64,000 nt of DNA from Candidatus Yanofskybacteria bacterium (GTDB lineage: Bacteria > Patescibacteriota > Minisyncoccia > 2-02-FULL-40-12 > IGHO2-01-FULL-4-A). Positions within the stretch are counted from its first letter, which is position 1. Every line of letters begins with the position of its first letter. The stretch lies in NCBI GenBank assembly GCA_016185545.1, contig JACPNJ010000005.1, positions 79,013-143,012 of the forward strand, written 5' to 3'. The notes below the pieces were generated by a model. The model searched no databases. It saw only the letters and a list, made by a program, of their open reading frames with translations, and had not been told where the DNA came from. A program made the position numbers and the translations under genes. Of the stretch, positions 48,295 through 58,339 are shown piece by piece.

Positions 48295-49890
48295 CTATTT
48301 TTCATCAGAGCCAAGGGATTCCTCCAATATCTTTCGCAATCCGCCGACGTCAATGTTAACTTTGGGTTTTGGCGGCTTGGACTCTATTTTGCGCCCCCTG
48401 AAATCAACCGGGCCTTGTTTGAGAGCTTCGGAAAAAGAAGTAGGTTTGACCGAAGGTTTTGGCGGAACAGCCAGTTTGAATGGCGCGGGTCTTGGTATGA
48501 TTGGCGCAGTGCTCGGCACGGGATTTCGCGGAAAAACCTGCGGTTTTCCCGCACCAAAACGAGGCTGACGCTCATCACTAAATCTTCCAATATCCGCCGT
48601 TACCGGTGCGTGCCATTCGGCAATTTTTTTCTCCACATCTTCACGACGGGCTGAGTAATGTTCTCTGGAGTATTCAATAATCCTTTGGCGATTGCTGACC
48701 GGCAAACGTTTTATCGTTTCCATCGTCATCGCCGAAAATGCCCGTGAAGCCACACCGTCAATCATCAATTTCAGATAAATTTGGCGTTTACCAAGATTTA
48801 CTATATCTGTAGCCATGAATTCCGGCGCCAGCTCTTTTTCTAAAAGTTCAGCATCTTCAGCGCCCACTCGAAAAGAAACAATAGTTCCGACATTGCCGAA
48901 AACTGCGTCTCTGACGCCCTCATCCATTTGAGCAACGTATTGATGGGCGATCATCAAACTCAAGTGATATTTCCGCGCCTCTGATAAGATATTGGCAAAA
49001 GAAGCCGTAGCAAAGTTTTGAAATTCATCAACAACCAATACAAAATCTTTGCGCTCGCGTTCTGGTATGTCAACGCGTGACATCGCGGCAAGCTGGATTT
49101 TTGTAATAATCAGCGCGCCAAGCAATCGTGAGGCGTCTTCGCCTATTCTGCCTTTTGAAATATTGACCAGCAAAATCTTACCTTCATCCATAATACGCCG
49201 CATATCAAGCGTACTTTTAGGCTGGCCGATTATATTTCTGATAAGCGTGGAGGATACAAACTGGCCAACTTTGTTTTGAATTGCCGCCGTTGCCTCTGAA
49301 GCAAACCTGTCGGCATATTTAGCGAATTCTTCGGTCCAAAATGCTTTAACCACCGGATCAGTCAACTGCCTAACGACGTTGGCACGATAATCTTTTTCGG
49401 CAAGCATTCGGTTAATTCCAAGAAGTGTAGAATCTGGGACTTCCAATAATGCTAAAATAGTATTATTAAGTATATACTCCATGCGCGGCGACCAAACATC
49501 AACCCATATTTTCTTGAAAACACCCATCACACCGTCAGCAACAAGATGGCGCTTATCCGGGTCAACCTGTTCCATAACATTGAAAGCAATCGGATATTCC
49601 AAATCAGCCGGATTGATATAGATTACATCTTTAATTCTGTCTTCTGGAATATAATCAAAAAGGTCTTCAACGGGATCGCCGTGCGGGTCAACAAAAGCAA
49701 GTCCCCTACTATCTTGTATGTCCTGAATGGCGATATTTTTAAGCAACTCGGATTTACCCATGCCAGTCTTGCCGATGACATACATATGACGCCGGCGGTC
49801 GTCCATCTTAACGCCAAAAGTCACCTTCTTGTTACGAAAGTTTGTTTCTCCGAATAGAACTACAGGGTTTTGATTCGCTTCGCTCATCAA
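48295..49890 (-). CDS. VirB4/TraD/HerA-like P-loop ATPase
   Basis: RHMYVIGKTGMGKS, DPHGD, VDEFQNF, SEARKY, AHQY. Confidence 0.9.
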   Translation of the reverse strand: MMSEANQNPVVLFGETNFRNKKVTFGVKMDDRRRHMYVIGKTGMGKSELLKNIAIQDIQDSRGLAFVDPHGDPVEDLFDYIPEDRIKDVIYINPADLEYPIAFNVMEQVDPDKRHLVADGVMGVFKKIWVDVWSPRMEYILNNTILALLEVPDSTLLGINRMLAEKDYRANVVRQLTDPVVKAFWTEEFAKYADRFASEATAAIQNKVGQFVSSTLIRNIIGQPKSTLDMRRIMDEGKILLVNISKGRIGEDASRLLGALIITKIQLAAMSRVDIPERERKDFVLVVDEFQNFATASFANILSEARKYHLSLMIAHQYVAQMDEGVRDAVFGNVGTIVSFRVGAEDAELLEKELAPEFMATDIVNLGKRQIYLKLMIDGVASRAFSAMTMETIKRLPVSNRQRIIEYSREHYSARREDVEKKIAEWHAPVTADIGRFSDERQPRFGAGKPQVFPRNPVPSTAPIIPRPAPFKLAVPPKPSVKPTSFSEALKQGPVDFRGRKIESKPPKPKVNIDVGGLRKILEESLGSDEK

Positions 49891-50020
49891 ATAAATTCAA
49901 AACTCAAATTACAAATTTTAATTGAAGCTCAAAATCTAAATTTTAAAACAGTTTTAGACTTTGAATTTTAGATTTCATTTAAAATTTGGATTTGAAAATT
50001 TGAATTTCTGCCGAATTTGT

Positions 50021-51298
50021 TTATCTGGTCGGTAAACCGGCTGGCGGTTGTCCTTTCTTTGCCTCCACGCGCGGAAACGCTGGCGCTTTTACACCGATAC
50101 CTGGCAAATGGAACAATGTTGCCAGTTCTTCAGTATTTAAAATTATAAACTGGCCAACAAAAGCTCTCTCTCGGTATTTTTGGTAAAGATGCCATTTGCG
50201 CCTGTACTCGCGCTCACGATAAAAAAACCCTTTATCCGATGGGAAAAGCCACGAAAACCATCCTTTATCTTTAGTAATCGTTTTTTTGTTAGGCTTGAAA
50301 CTGTTAAGATTATTGAGATAAAACTGCTTGAGCATACCCATTACCGCAGATATATGCGAGCCATGAAAACGATCTTTGCGGGCAATGTAAAAAAATCTAT
50401 AACCGGATTTGAAACCAAGTTTTGAAATTTTATTTTCAACTTGGTCAAGAGTAAATTTTTGACCAGGCGTAAGCTTTTGCAACGAAAATTCATCTTTTTT
50501 CTTTTCTTCATGCACCGGCGTTCCGCCGGGTAAAAGTAGATCAATAAAATCCACTACCTTGCCCAAAGAGCCACGCTCAACTTTGGGCTCTTTGCCAATA
50601 ATTTTATCTACTTCAGTCTTGGCTTCTTTTACCCAAGCATCACCCGTAGCTCTAATCGTAAGCTGCAGCCATATATGCTCACCCGATTCCAGCGCGCTCA
50701 TGATTTCGGCCAACGGCGCTAGAGGATCAGTCCGTTTGAATTCATCCTTGCCTGATTCTTCTTCAAAAAAGGGATAGGTTTTAATCGGATAGGCATCAGG
50801 TCTTGTAAAAACCAATTCTGTACCAAAAAGATCATATTCATCATTAGGAAGATACTCTGGCAACTGTGTGATATAGTCATCAGCTATTTTAATTTCAGCA
50901 TCCGGATATTGGGCAAAAATCTGCGCTTCAATCAAATTGCGCAGATCTTCTGGGGTTCTTATATAAAAATTGGTTTCGCCGCCATTGCCGACTATTTCAA
51001 ACGAAAGCCAGGGTTGAACCTTGCCTTTGAAAAATTCATCTTTCCAGCTTACGGAACCAGTGTAAAGCGCATGAAGGCCAGCAAAAATGTTTTCAGCTAT
51101 CTTCGGGCTTTTTTGGACATCGGGTGGAGGTTTAATTTCAAGTAAGACCCACTTTATGGAAAGAAGGTATTGTTTTCTTACATAAAAAAGCCAGCCGTCA
51201 AGCGCGCCGAAAAATAACAAAAACGGGGTGAATGTCCACCAGTAGTGTGCTAACAAGTAAAAAGATGTTTTTAGTGGACTAAGAACGTCGAGAAACAA
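50021..51298 (-). CDS. Conserved hypothetical partner of the ATPase
   Basis: LEIKPP, SFEI, AQYPDAEI, PIKTY, LNTEELATLFH.P; N-terminal TM. Confidence 0.8.
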   Translation of the reverse strand: MFLDVLSPLKTSFYLLAHYWWTFTPFLLFFGALDGWLFYVRKQYLLSIKWVLLEIKPPPDVQKSPKIAENIFAGLHALYTGSVSWKDEFFKGKVQPWLSFEIVGNGGETNFYIRTPEDLRNLIEAQIFAQYPDAEIKIADDYITQLPEYLPNDEYDLFGTELVFTRPDAYPIKTYPFFEEESGKDEFKRTDPLAPLAEIMSALESGEHIWLQLTIRATGDAWVKEAKTEVDKIIGKEPKVERGSLGKVVDFIDLLLPGGTPVHEEKKKDEFSLQKLTPGQKFTLDQVENKISKLGFKSGYRFFYIARKDRFHGSHISAVMGMLKQFYLNNLNSFKPNKKTITKDKGWFSWLFPSDKGFFYREREYRRKWHLYQKYRERAFVGQFIILNTEELATLFHLPGIGVKAPAFPRVEAKKGQPPAGLPTR

Positions 51299-51302
51299 AA
51301 AT

Positions 51303-51402
51303 CAGGTGTCAGGTGTCAGGTGTCAGGTGTCAGGTGTCAAAGTTTAGAAGTTATTTTATCTTATACTCTGTAACCTGTAACCTGTAACCTGTAACCTGTA
51401 AC
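51303..51402. repeat. Opposed heptamer arrays (TCAGGTG)x5 and (CTGTAAC)x~5
   Basis: Direct reading of the sequence. Confidence 0.92.
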
Positions 51403-52457
51403 TAGGCCTCCTTGAGGGCATAAATCCCGTTGCCTTTTTTATCAAAAGTTTTAGAATCCTGCAGATTTAAAAGTATGGTGTTTTCTTTGACCATGCGGTG
51501 AGATAATACTTGCGACACTATTTCTTTTTTGTGCATCGGCTGACCGGCTGAATGCAGAAGATCAGTAATTACATCCTTGACGGTACCGGCTTTATAACCC
51601 CAATCGGCCAAACCATATAAACCACGACCAACCAGAACAAATCTTTTATCTTTAATCAATTCATTATGGACTGTCTGGACATTAGCTCTGCGGTTATCAA
51701 AACCGGATACATTGATGAGTCGGGTAATCTCGCGAAAATGCTTGGGCTTGCCATCGCGCTTCAATACTAAGAAGGCCTTGTCTCTGACACCTCTGGGTTT
51801 AATATCCGACCAATTGGCCAAACCAATTTGGCCGAAATTATTCTTGGCTATATTTTGTGAAATTGAAAGATAAGAAGCGACTATTGCCGGGGTTACGTCT
51901 TTAAGCGAGGCACCTGATTTTTTATAAAAATCCACGACGGCCGATTCTGCAATAGGGGCATTTTCCTTCTCTAAAACATTCATAAAAATAGAAAGTGATT
52001 TTTTAAAATATTCGGCGTGCTGGTCAGATAAAGCCCAGTATGCATGGAGGTCGTCAGTTTCTGCAAACTTCTTAAGTCGTTCATCAAGAAACAGAAAAAA
52101 AACTAAAGCGGCATTAGCCGGGTTCTCTTTAGCAACTCCGGAAAATTTAGCAAAGAGATTATCTTCCCTGCTAACTCCACCGGCCTGTTCAAGAATATTT
52201 TCGGCAAGACTGACAAACGGCTTAACCTTGGCGGCTATTCCGTCATTCAAGTTTCCCCTGATTTGTTTCAGTGAAACTTCCTCAATCTGTCTGACTCTTT
52301 CACGGGTTATGCCATAGCTTTTACCTATGGATTCAAGAGTTTCTTTCTTACCTGTTTTCAAGCCAAAACGACGTGAAATCACATCTTTATTCCTGGTACT
52401 TAAAACCGCAAGTACCTGTCCGACCACCCCCCTGATTGTAGCAGTTAAATTGGGCAT
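51402..52457 (-). CDS. Sigma70 region-4 HTH plus winged-HTH protein
   Basis: RRFGL...TLESIG..YGITRERVRQIE; TVHNELI...RFVLVGRG.Y; start at MPNL. Confidence 0.85.
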   Translation of the reverse strand: MPNLTATIRGVVGQVLAVLSTRNKDVISRRFGLKTGKKETLESIGKSYGITRERVRQIEEVSLKQIRGNLNDGIAAKVKPFVSLAENILEQAGGVSREDNLFAKFSGVAKENPANAALVFFLFLDERLKKFAETDDLHAYWALSDQHAEYFKKSLSIFMNVLEKENAPIAESAVVDFYKKSGASLKDVTPAIVASYLSISQNIAKNNFGQIGLANWSDIKPRGVRDKAFLVLKRDGKPKHFREITRLINVSGFDNRRANVQTVHNELIKDKRFVLVGRGLYGLADWGYKAGTVKDVITDLLHSAGQPMHKKEIVSQVLSHRMVKENTILLNLQDSKTFDKKGNGIYALKEA

Positions 52458-52680
52458 ACAAGCTTGTCCAAGAGCAAGGAGCGAAGCAACAAAGCGATTG
52501 GGTAACAAGGTTAGCACCCCGCCCTCTATGCACTTTAATAGCTTAGAAGGTGGGGTAAATAACTACTACCATGCTCGCTACACTACGCTTGCTGCGCGTG
52601 GGCATTTATTTAAAGATACCATATAGTTTCTAACGGGTCAATCACTTAACATATCAACATATAACTATGGAGTATGACGT

Positions 52681-52744
52681 GTCAACCCCGTACGAGGCAG
52701 AGGCACGCTGCGTGCCCTCGCGGCCTCGTTCGGGGTCAACCCCG
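52681..52744. repeat. CCCCGTA..TCGGGG hairpin flanked by a gtcaaccccg duplication
   Basis: Direct reading of the sequence. Confidence 0.75.
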
Positions 52745-52775
52745 AAATGAACTTTCTGGAAAATCTACTATGGGG

Positions 52776-53663
52776 TCAGCCACTTCTTTTTCCACTTAAC
52801 CATACAAGGATCGGAGAAGCGACAAAGATTGACGAATAGGCTCCGGAAAAAATACCGATAATCAAAGCCAGAGCGAAATATTTGATTGATTCTCCGCCAA
52901 AAAAGAATATGGCAATAAGCGCGAGCAAGGTGGTAAACGTCGTATTCAGTGAACGTACCAATGTTTGCATTATGCTCTTGTGGACCAGCTCTCCAAAACC
53001 CTGACTGGAACCCAGTCGCAAAACATTTTCCCTGATCCTATCAAACACCACCACGGAATCAGATAGTGAATAACCGAGTATGGTCAGCGCCGCCGCCACA
53101 AAAATTGCGGTAATTTCAATACCAAAATAATAGCCCAGCAGCGCGAAAACACCGACGGGTATGACAATATCATGAATCAAGGCAATAATAGCGGCTAAAC
53201 CCATAGCCCATGGCGATAATGCGCGCGATATTTTCCTAAAAACAAATGCGACATACGCAATGATTGCGGCAAGCATTATTATTATCGCGGTGACGCTTTT
53301 GCTTCTTAACTCCTTGCCTATGGTGGGACCGATGGAATCAAAACGGCTTTCATTTATCTCGCCGAATTTATCGGAAATTTTGTCTAAAATATTTTGATGG
53401 GTTTGTTCGTCAATACTGTTCAAACGAATCAGTATTCCCCGCTCTCCGACCGGACTGATATTTATGTCTTTGGCGCCTGAAATCGCACCAATGACACCGC
53501 TAAGTTCGGCAGTTGGCGGACGGTTTTCCTTAAAAACAATTTCCATTACCGCTCCGCCCCTGAAATCAACGCCAAACCGCAAGCCGAAAACAGCTGTTAC
53601 AATAATCGCAGTGACGGTCAGCGCCATAGAAATGAAAAACATGATTTTATATACAGGTTTCAT
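52776..53663 (-). CDS. secF: Protein translocase subunit SecF
   Basis: GVDFRGG, IGPTIG.EL, HD, GYS..D.VVVFDRIREN. Confidence 0.96.
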   Translation of the reverse strand: MKPVYKIMFFISMALTVTAIIVTAVFGLRFGVDFRGGAVMEIVFKENRPPTAELSGVIGAISGAKDINISPVGERGILIRLNSIDEQTHQNILDKISDKFGEINESRFDSIGPTIGKELRSKSVTAIIIMLAAIIAYVAFVFRKISRALSPWAMGLAAIIALIHDIVIPVGVFALLGYYFGIEITAIFVAAALTILGYSLSDSVVVFDRIRENVLRLGSSQGFGELVHKSIMQTLVRSLNTTFTTLLALIAIFFFGGESIKYFALALIIGIFSGAYSSIFVASPILVWLSGKRSG

Positions 53664-53705
53664 AAAATATCAATTGGATTTTGGATTTTGACATTGGAAT
53701 TTATT

Positions 53706-55055
53706 TCAGAATAGCCATCTCCTCTTTTCTAGCTTTTGCCCTATAAATAATCTCAAAAATGATTTAGTCACGACTATTGAGCTGAATAAACTCATTAATA
53801 CTCCAATGCCCAGTGTTAAAGCAAAACCTTTGACTACCGAGATTGAAAAAATATACAAAATAATGGCACCCAGTATAGTCGTCACGTGACTGTCGCGTAT
53901 TGAATACCAGGCCCGATGGAAACCTTCGTTAAATGACTGCGGCAATGATTTACCTGCCTTAAATTCCTCGCGAAAACGGGCAAAAATTAAAACATTGGCA
54001 TCAACGGCCATGCCCAGAGATAGTATGAATCCGGCAATACCAGCCAGGGTCAGCGTGACTGGTACCAGTTTATAAATAGCCAGAACGATAATGGTATAAA
54101 TCAAAAGCGCCAGAACTGAAACCACGCCGGGAAGACGATAAAAAAGTATCATGAAAATTGCTACCAGCAATAAGCCATAAAGACCGGCCCGGAGAGATCT
54201 TTGGAGTGATTCCTGCCCCAATGATGGACCGATTGTCTGCTGTGAAATGAGCGTTATTGGAACCGGCAAAGCGCCAGCATTAAGATTATTGGCAAGATCC
54301 CTCGCTTCTTTTATCGTAAATCCACCGCTGATAACGGCGCGACCGCCCTGTATTTCGCTTTGGACTGTTGGCGCGCTTATGACCAAACCGTCAATATATA
54401 TGGCGACTCGTTTACCGAGATTGCGTCTGGTGATTTCAGCGAATAACTTAGCACCATCATCGTTCAGTTCCAGTGATATTTGCGGCTGTGATGTGGTTTG
54501 ATCAAAGGCAAGCTGGGAACGTTTGAGATGCTTGCCGGTCAGACCGGTTGATTGAAAATACGGGTCTTCGCCAAGCTGTTGGCCTTTTTGCTGGGCATCA
54601 AGGATTTTTTGTGATTCTTCCTGTGTTCGTTCTTCCTTGAATTCTAGAAACGGCGTTTGGCCTATCATTTGGATTGCTTGGTTAACATCGCTGATACCGG
54701 CCAGCTCCACAACCAATCTGTCTCTGCCCTCTATCTGAACTAACGGTTCGGCTACACCAAAAAGATTGACTCTGCGCTCTATTACATCGCGCACACCGGC
54801 CATGGCATCACCAGCATCCTGTCCGCTACTGTCGGAAAGATCGGCTTGATAAACCAAATGGGTACCACCAAGAAGGTCTAAACCGAGACGAAATGACGGA
54901 ACTTTAAACATATGCGGAACTTTGAACTTTGAACTTTGAACTTTGAGTTTAGCGTTAACGATGTCCGCCCCCTTGTCCCATCCTTGCGGATACACAAAAA
55001 CCGCCAAAAACAGTGCGGCGGCCAAAATTATCAGCGGTGTAAATTTACGAAGCAT
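53706..55055 (-). CDS. secD: Protein translocase subunit SecD
   Basis: LGLDLLGG, RVNLFGVAEP, GALPVP, GMAVDANVLIF. Confidence 0.96.
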   Translation of the reverse strand: MLRKFTPLIILAAALFLAVFVYPQGWDKGADIVNAKLKVQSSKFKVPHMFKVPSFRLGLDLLGGTHLVYQADLSDSSGQDAGDAMAGVRDVIERRVNLFGVAEPLVQIEGRDRLVVELAGISDVNQAIQMIGQTPFLEFKEERTQEESQKILDAQQKGQQLGEDPYFQSTGLTGKHLKRSQLAFDQTTSQPQISLELNDDGAKLFAEITRRNLGKRVAIYIDGLVISAPTVQSEIQGGRAVISGGFTIKEARDLANNLNAGALPVPITLISQQTIGPSLGQESLQRSLRAGLYGLLLVAIFMILFYRLPGVVSVLALLIYTIIVLAIYKLVPVTLTLAGIAGFILSLGMAVDANVLIFARFREEFKAGKSLPQSFNEGFHRAWYSIRDSHVTTILGAIILYIFSISVVKGFALTLGIGVLMSLFSSIVVTKSFLRLFIGQKLEKRRWLF

Positions 55056-55154
55056 TGTTTGATAATAAAATATTTATACCTCAAAATCAAGACCGTGAGA
55101 CCTCGTCAAAAACAAAAGCCAAGTTTCCTTGGCTAATCAGCGGCTACAAACCCT

Positions 55155-55508
55155 TTAGTTTAATGCATCATTTGACTGGTCTTGAACTAAACTGGAAATC
55201 CTATTTGGATATTTGTGAATAGTGGCTCCAGGAAATTTTTTATTAATATATGCTACTGCCATTTCAGGGGTCTCGAAATACAATTCATGTTCTTGTGAGG
55301 CGTAATCTCCATCACCAGTGTTATATGAAATTATACCAGAACTAACCTTGGTCCAAAAACCAATCGGATACCAACCCATAAATCTTTGTATGTAAAATTC
55401 TTTTCTAATTGGCTCGCCCCACCCTTTCGTTTTTCCGTAGCTTTCCCATGCTTTTAACGTTGCCTCGTCATATTTATTTATCCGTTCTTTTCTTATACGA
55501 AATAACAT
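55155..55508 (-). CDS. Hypothetical protein
   Basis: AAGGAGG SD and TTGACA-17-TAAGAT promoter (about 55590-55618). Confidence 0.7.
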   Translation of the reverse strand: MLFRIRKERINKYDEATLKAWESYGKTKGWGEPIRKEFYIQRFMGWYPIGFWTKVSSGIISYNTGDGDYASQEHELYFETPEMAVAYINKKFPGATIHKYPNRISSLVQDQSNDALN

Positions 55509-55632
55509 TGGCTCCTCCTTATTCAATTGAAAAAGATCATACCTGCTGGAAATAAGGCAATTTTAGGCCACTTCCAACATCGATATCATCTTAACATGTA
55601 TAGTGCTAGATTGTCAACATTTCGTTGGCTCA

Positions 55633-56085
55633 ATCAAAAATTACAAACCGGGAACCCACGATGTAATCATCGGGGGTGATTTTTATCGTTAGCAAATTGC
55701 TAAAACCAAAAACATTAGAGCGCACCCCGTCAAAAATTATTCAGAGCAAACCATATTGCCTTTTGGGACTTCTGGGATTGTCCCAATTTAGACTAGAGCG
55801 ACATCCTTTGATTTTAAAACATTTGTACCGAGTGACTGATTTATATAACGACTAGAGCGAGCCCCTTAGTTTTTCGTCATTCATCTGTCAACTAACAAAT
55901 TAGCAAAGCGAGCGTTAAAAATTGTCGGGTAACGCCAAGACTAGTCGGAAAACGCGCAGAAAACGAAGCTTTAGCTGAAGTTTTCAAGCGGCAAACGGAG
56001 AACTGGTCTGTGTCCGATAATTTAGCGAGCTTTGCGTATATTTGTAGGCAGACATGATGTTGTAAGAAAAATTAAGGGGCCCGCG
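55633..56085. repeat. Mosaic repeat region of the ATCAAAAATTACAAACC family
   Basis: Modules shared with 44753-44818, 47950-48203 and 9778-9806. Confidence 0.75.
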
Positions 56086-57540
56086 TCACTCTTCTGGTAA
56101 TTTTTCACGCGACACTCTCGGCTTCTGTTTTTCCAACCACTCCTTGAGGAATAGCGTTGCTTTTACATCGTCTTCGTTGTATTTGATGATTTTGTCCATG
56201 ATTTTTTGGTCTTTGGTTTTGAGCCAGTCATTGTACCAAACCACTGACTCGGCACCGCCGGCGTCTTCGGCCTGCCATTTGAAACCAAGGTACTTGGCTA
56301 CATCTTTCAAGCTGTAAAAATAAATCGGTAAAACCGCCGCCTCTATAAACGACCAATGCAAATCAATAGTATTATTCTTAAACTTATCTTCTAGCGCCAG
56401 TGAAATACCGTATTTATTACCCAAACGCTTGAAAACTTCGCGCTCATAGTATGAATAGTGGTAAATCACAAAATCCTCCAATGATTCCAAAAAATCAAGA
56501 AATTCACGCCAAGCCCTTTCCTCGTCTTTTTTATCCTGTGCCAAAAAGTATTTGTATGTTGGCTCTTTCTTGCCACTTTCTATAAGCATGCCCAAAAGAT
56601 AATCAATGCCTTCGGTGGGGTCCGATTCTATATCAAAGTAAATCTCATTTTCCACTTGCGGAAATTCGCTTTTTTTGAGAATTCTAGGTTCGTTTGAAAT
56701 CAAAACCTGGGCCTGATTATAAAAACGCAGGATTTTATCAAACGGCCAGTCTTCAAGACGGGAACGCAAAAAATCCAAATCAGCCGAAGCCAAGTCATTT
56801 ACAGTATGAATACCGAGCTCATAAAGTCGCCGCTGATCGTTCTGGCTCAATTTATAAATTAACGAAACGTCATCGCAACCCTTCGTTTCTTCAACGCATA
56901 AAGAATACCAAGGCGATTGCTTACAACCGCTTTTTAGAAACGGGGGGGGTTTTTCGCCGGCAAGCACCCGCTCTATCCTTTCTCGTGTCAGATGAAAATA
57001 ATCTAAAAAATCATCAACCATGAATGACCGCTCCTCGCCATCGGAATTGATGATGTGGGCATCGCGGGGCAAAACACCCTGCAATCTTTCTAAAATTAAA
57101 CTGTAAAAAACAAGCTGGAACTTGTACTCATCGCGTATTTCTTTGCCGCTTTTAATGTCATAGACAACATAATAATGATCGCCAAGATTTGATTTCATCC
57201 CCTTTTCTACGGGACGGGCTTCAAGCAAATCAGGTATCCCGACCCAATTTTCATCCATCAATACACCATGATAAATATTTTTGCCCTGTTTCATCAGTTC
57301 AAGAGTCGCCAAAAATGCCTCATCAAGATCGTGGAAAAATTCCGGTTTTATTTCTTCAAAATTCCGGCCCTTGATCATTTCCAGCTCATGCTTCAATCCG
57401 CCGCGGTGAATCATTTCAATCAGCGGCGGGATTTCACCCTTCTTCGCCTGCTCGCCGTAAATGTCATACCAAATCCAGTGGGGACATTGGAAAAATTTAT
57501 AAAAATGCTCCCCGGTCAATTTTGGCTTTTTATCAGTCAT
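56086..57540 (-). CDS. TM0106-family RecB-like nuclease with RNase H-like C-terminal domain
   Basis: GIPDLL, DIKS, QL.FY, YFDIE, YSLK, YNEDD. Confidence 0.9.
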   Translation of the reverse strand: MTDKKPKLTGEHFYKFFQCPHWIWYDIYGEQAKKGEIPPLIEMIHRGGLKHELEMIKGRNFEEIKPEFFHDLDEAFLATLELMKQGKNIYHGVLMDENWVGIPDLLEARPVEKGMKSNLGDHYYVVYDIKSGKEIRDEYKFQLVFYSLILERLQGVLPRDAHIINSDGEERSFMVDDFLDYFHLTRERIERVLAGEKPPPFLKSGCKQSPWYSLCVEETKGCDDVSLIYKLSQNDQRRLYELGIHTVNDLASADLDFLRSRLEDWPFDKILRFYNQAQVLISNEPRILKKSEFPQVENEIYFDIESDPTEGIDYLLGMLIESGKKEPTYKYFLAQDKKDEERAWREFLDFLESLEDFVIYHYSYYEREVFKRLGNKYGISLALEDKFKNNTIDLHWSFIEAAVLPIYFYSLKDVAKYLGFKWQAEDAGGAESVVWYNDWLKTKDQKIMDKIIKYNEDDVKATLFLKEWLEKQKPRVSREKLPEE

Positions 57541-57551
57541 TTTATCGGGAT

Positions 57552-58259
57552 TTATTCGTTTATGTGTTTATGATTCTCCGCCCAAAGACAATACTGACAT
57601 TCCGAGTGAGATTGCGGTGGAACGTCGGAGCGTGCAAGTTTTACCGCGTCAGCGAAAATATCATAGATATAACTCGGGTCTGCGGTTACCTCACGAATTT
57701 CACCGCGAAATGGCAAACGGCCGCGGAAACCGTCAGTTTTGTCCACTTGGAAGAATACGAAATAGGCTTTGCGAGCGGTTTTGAGACCCAACTGTTCAAG
57801 TATGTAAGTATATGTATCCATTTGCATTTGATAATCATCATAGACAGAAATTTCTTTGGCGCCGGAAGATTTATAGTCTATAACGGCCAGCGAGCCGTCT
57901 GGAAATTTAAGCATGTCGTCAACGGCGCCGAAAAGCGTGGCATCAAGACTCTCATCGTGATATTTCAGCCCTTCAAAATTATTGCGCCATTTTTGGAGCT
58001 GCGCTTGATCGGGGTAGAGTTTCGCATCGGACAAACCGTTATGACCCAGCAAAACTGGATGCATCTCTCCCTTTTCTCGATATTCGTCAAACTCATGCTT
58101 AAGTAATTGGTCTACGGCTATTGAAAGCGTATAAGGATAACCCTGCGGACGCCTTATGTCTTTGTGTTTATACAACCAAAAACACCGCGGACATTCTTTC
58201 ATCAGCTGAAGATTAGCGCGGGATATTTTGAGGAGTTTGGATGTTTTGATAAACGTCAT
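57552..58259 (-). CDS. PD-(D/E)XK nuclease (Cas4/RecB-like)
   Basis: CPRC, GAVDD, IDYK, Q...Y, C..C. Confidence 0.88.
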   Translation of the reverse strand: MTFIKTSKLLKISRANLQLMKECPRCFWLYKHKDIRRPQGYPYTLSIAVDQLLKHEFDEYREKGEMHPVLLGHNGLSDAKLYPDQAQLQKWRNNFEGLKYHDESLDATLFGAVDDMLKFPDGSLAVIDYKSSGAKEISVYDDYQMQMDTYTYILEQLGLKTARKAYFVFFQVDKTDGFRGRLPFRGEIREVTADPSYIYDIFADAVKLARSDVPPQSHSECQYCLWAENHKHINE

Positions 58260-58339
58260 AAATCCAAATATCAAAATCCAAATGACAAATCAATGACTAA
58301 AATCCAAAACCCAAATTTAATTTAGTCATTTGAGCTTTG

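Noticed and set aside
48295-51298. Conjugative element
   Set aside because: No relaxase, other T4SS genes or integrase nearby; the pair is typical chromosomal CPR content.
51402-52457. True sigma factor
   Set aside because: Only a region-4 HTH is present; there is no region 2.
55714-55862. CRISPR array
   Set aside because: The repeat is only about 8-11 bp, spacing is irregular, and there are no cas1/cas2 genes.
56086-58259. Cas4-based or other defence system from the two nuclease genes
   Set aside because: No other cas genes or array; these families are routine in CPR backbones.
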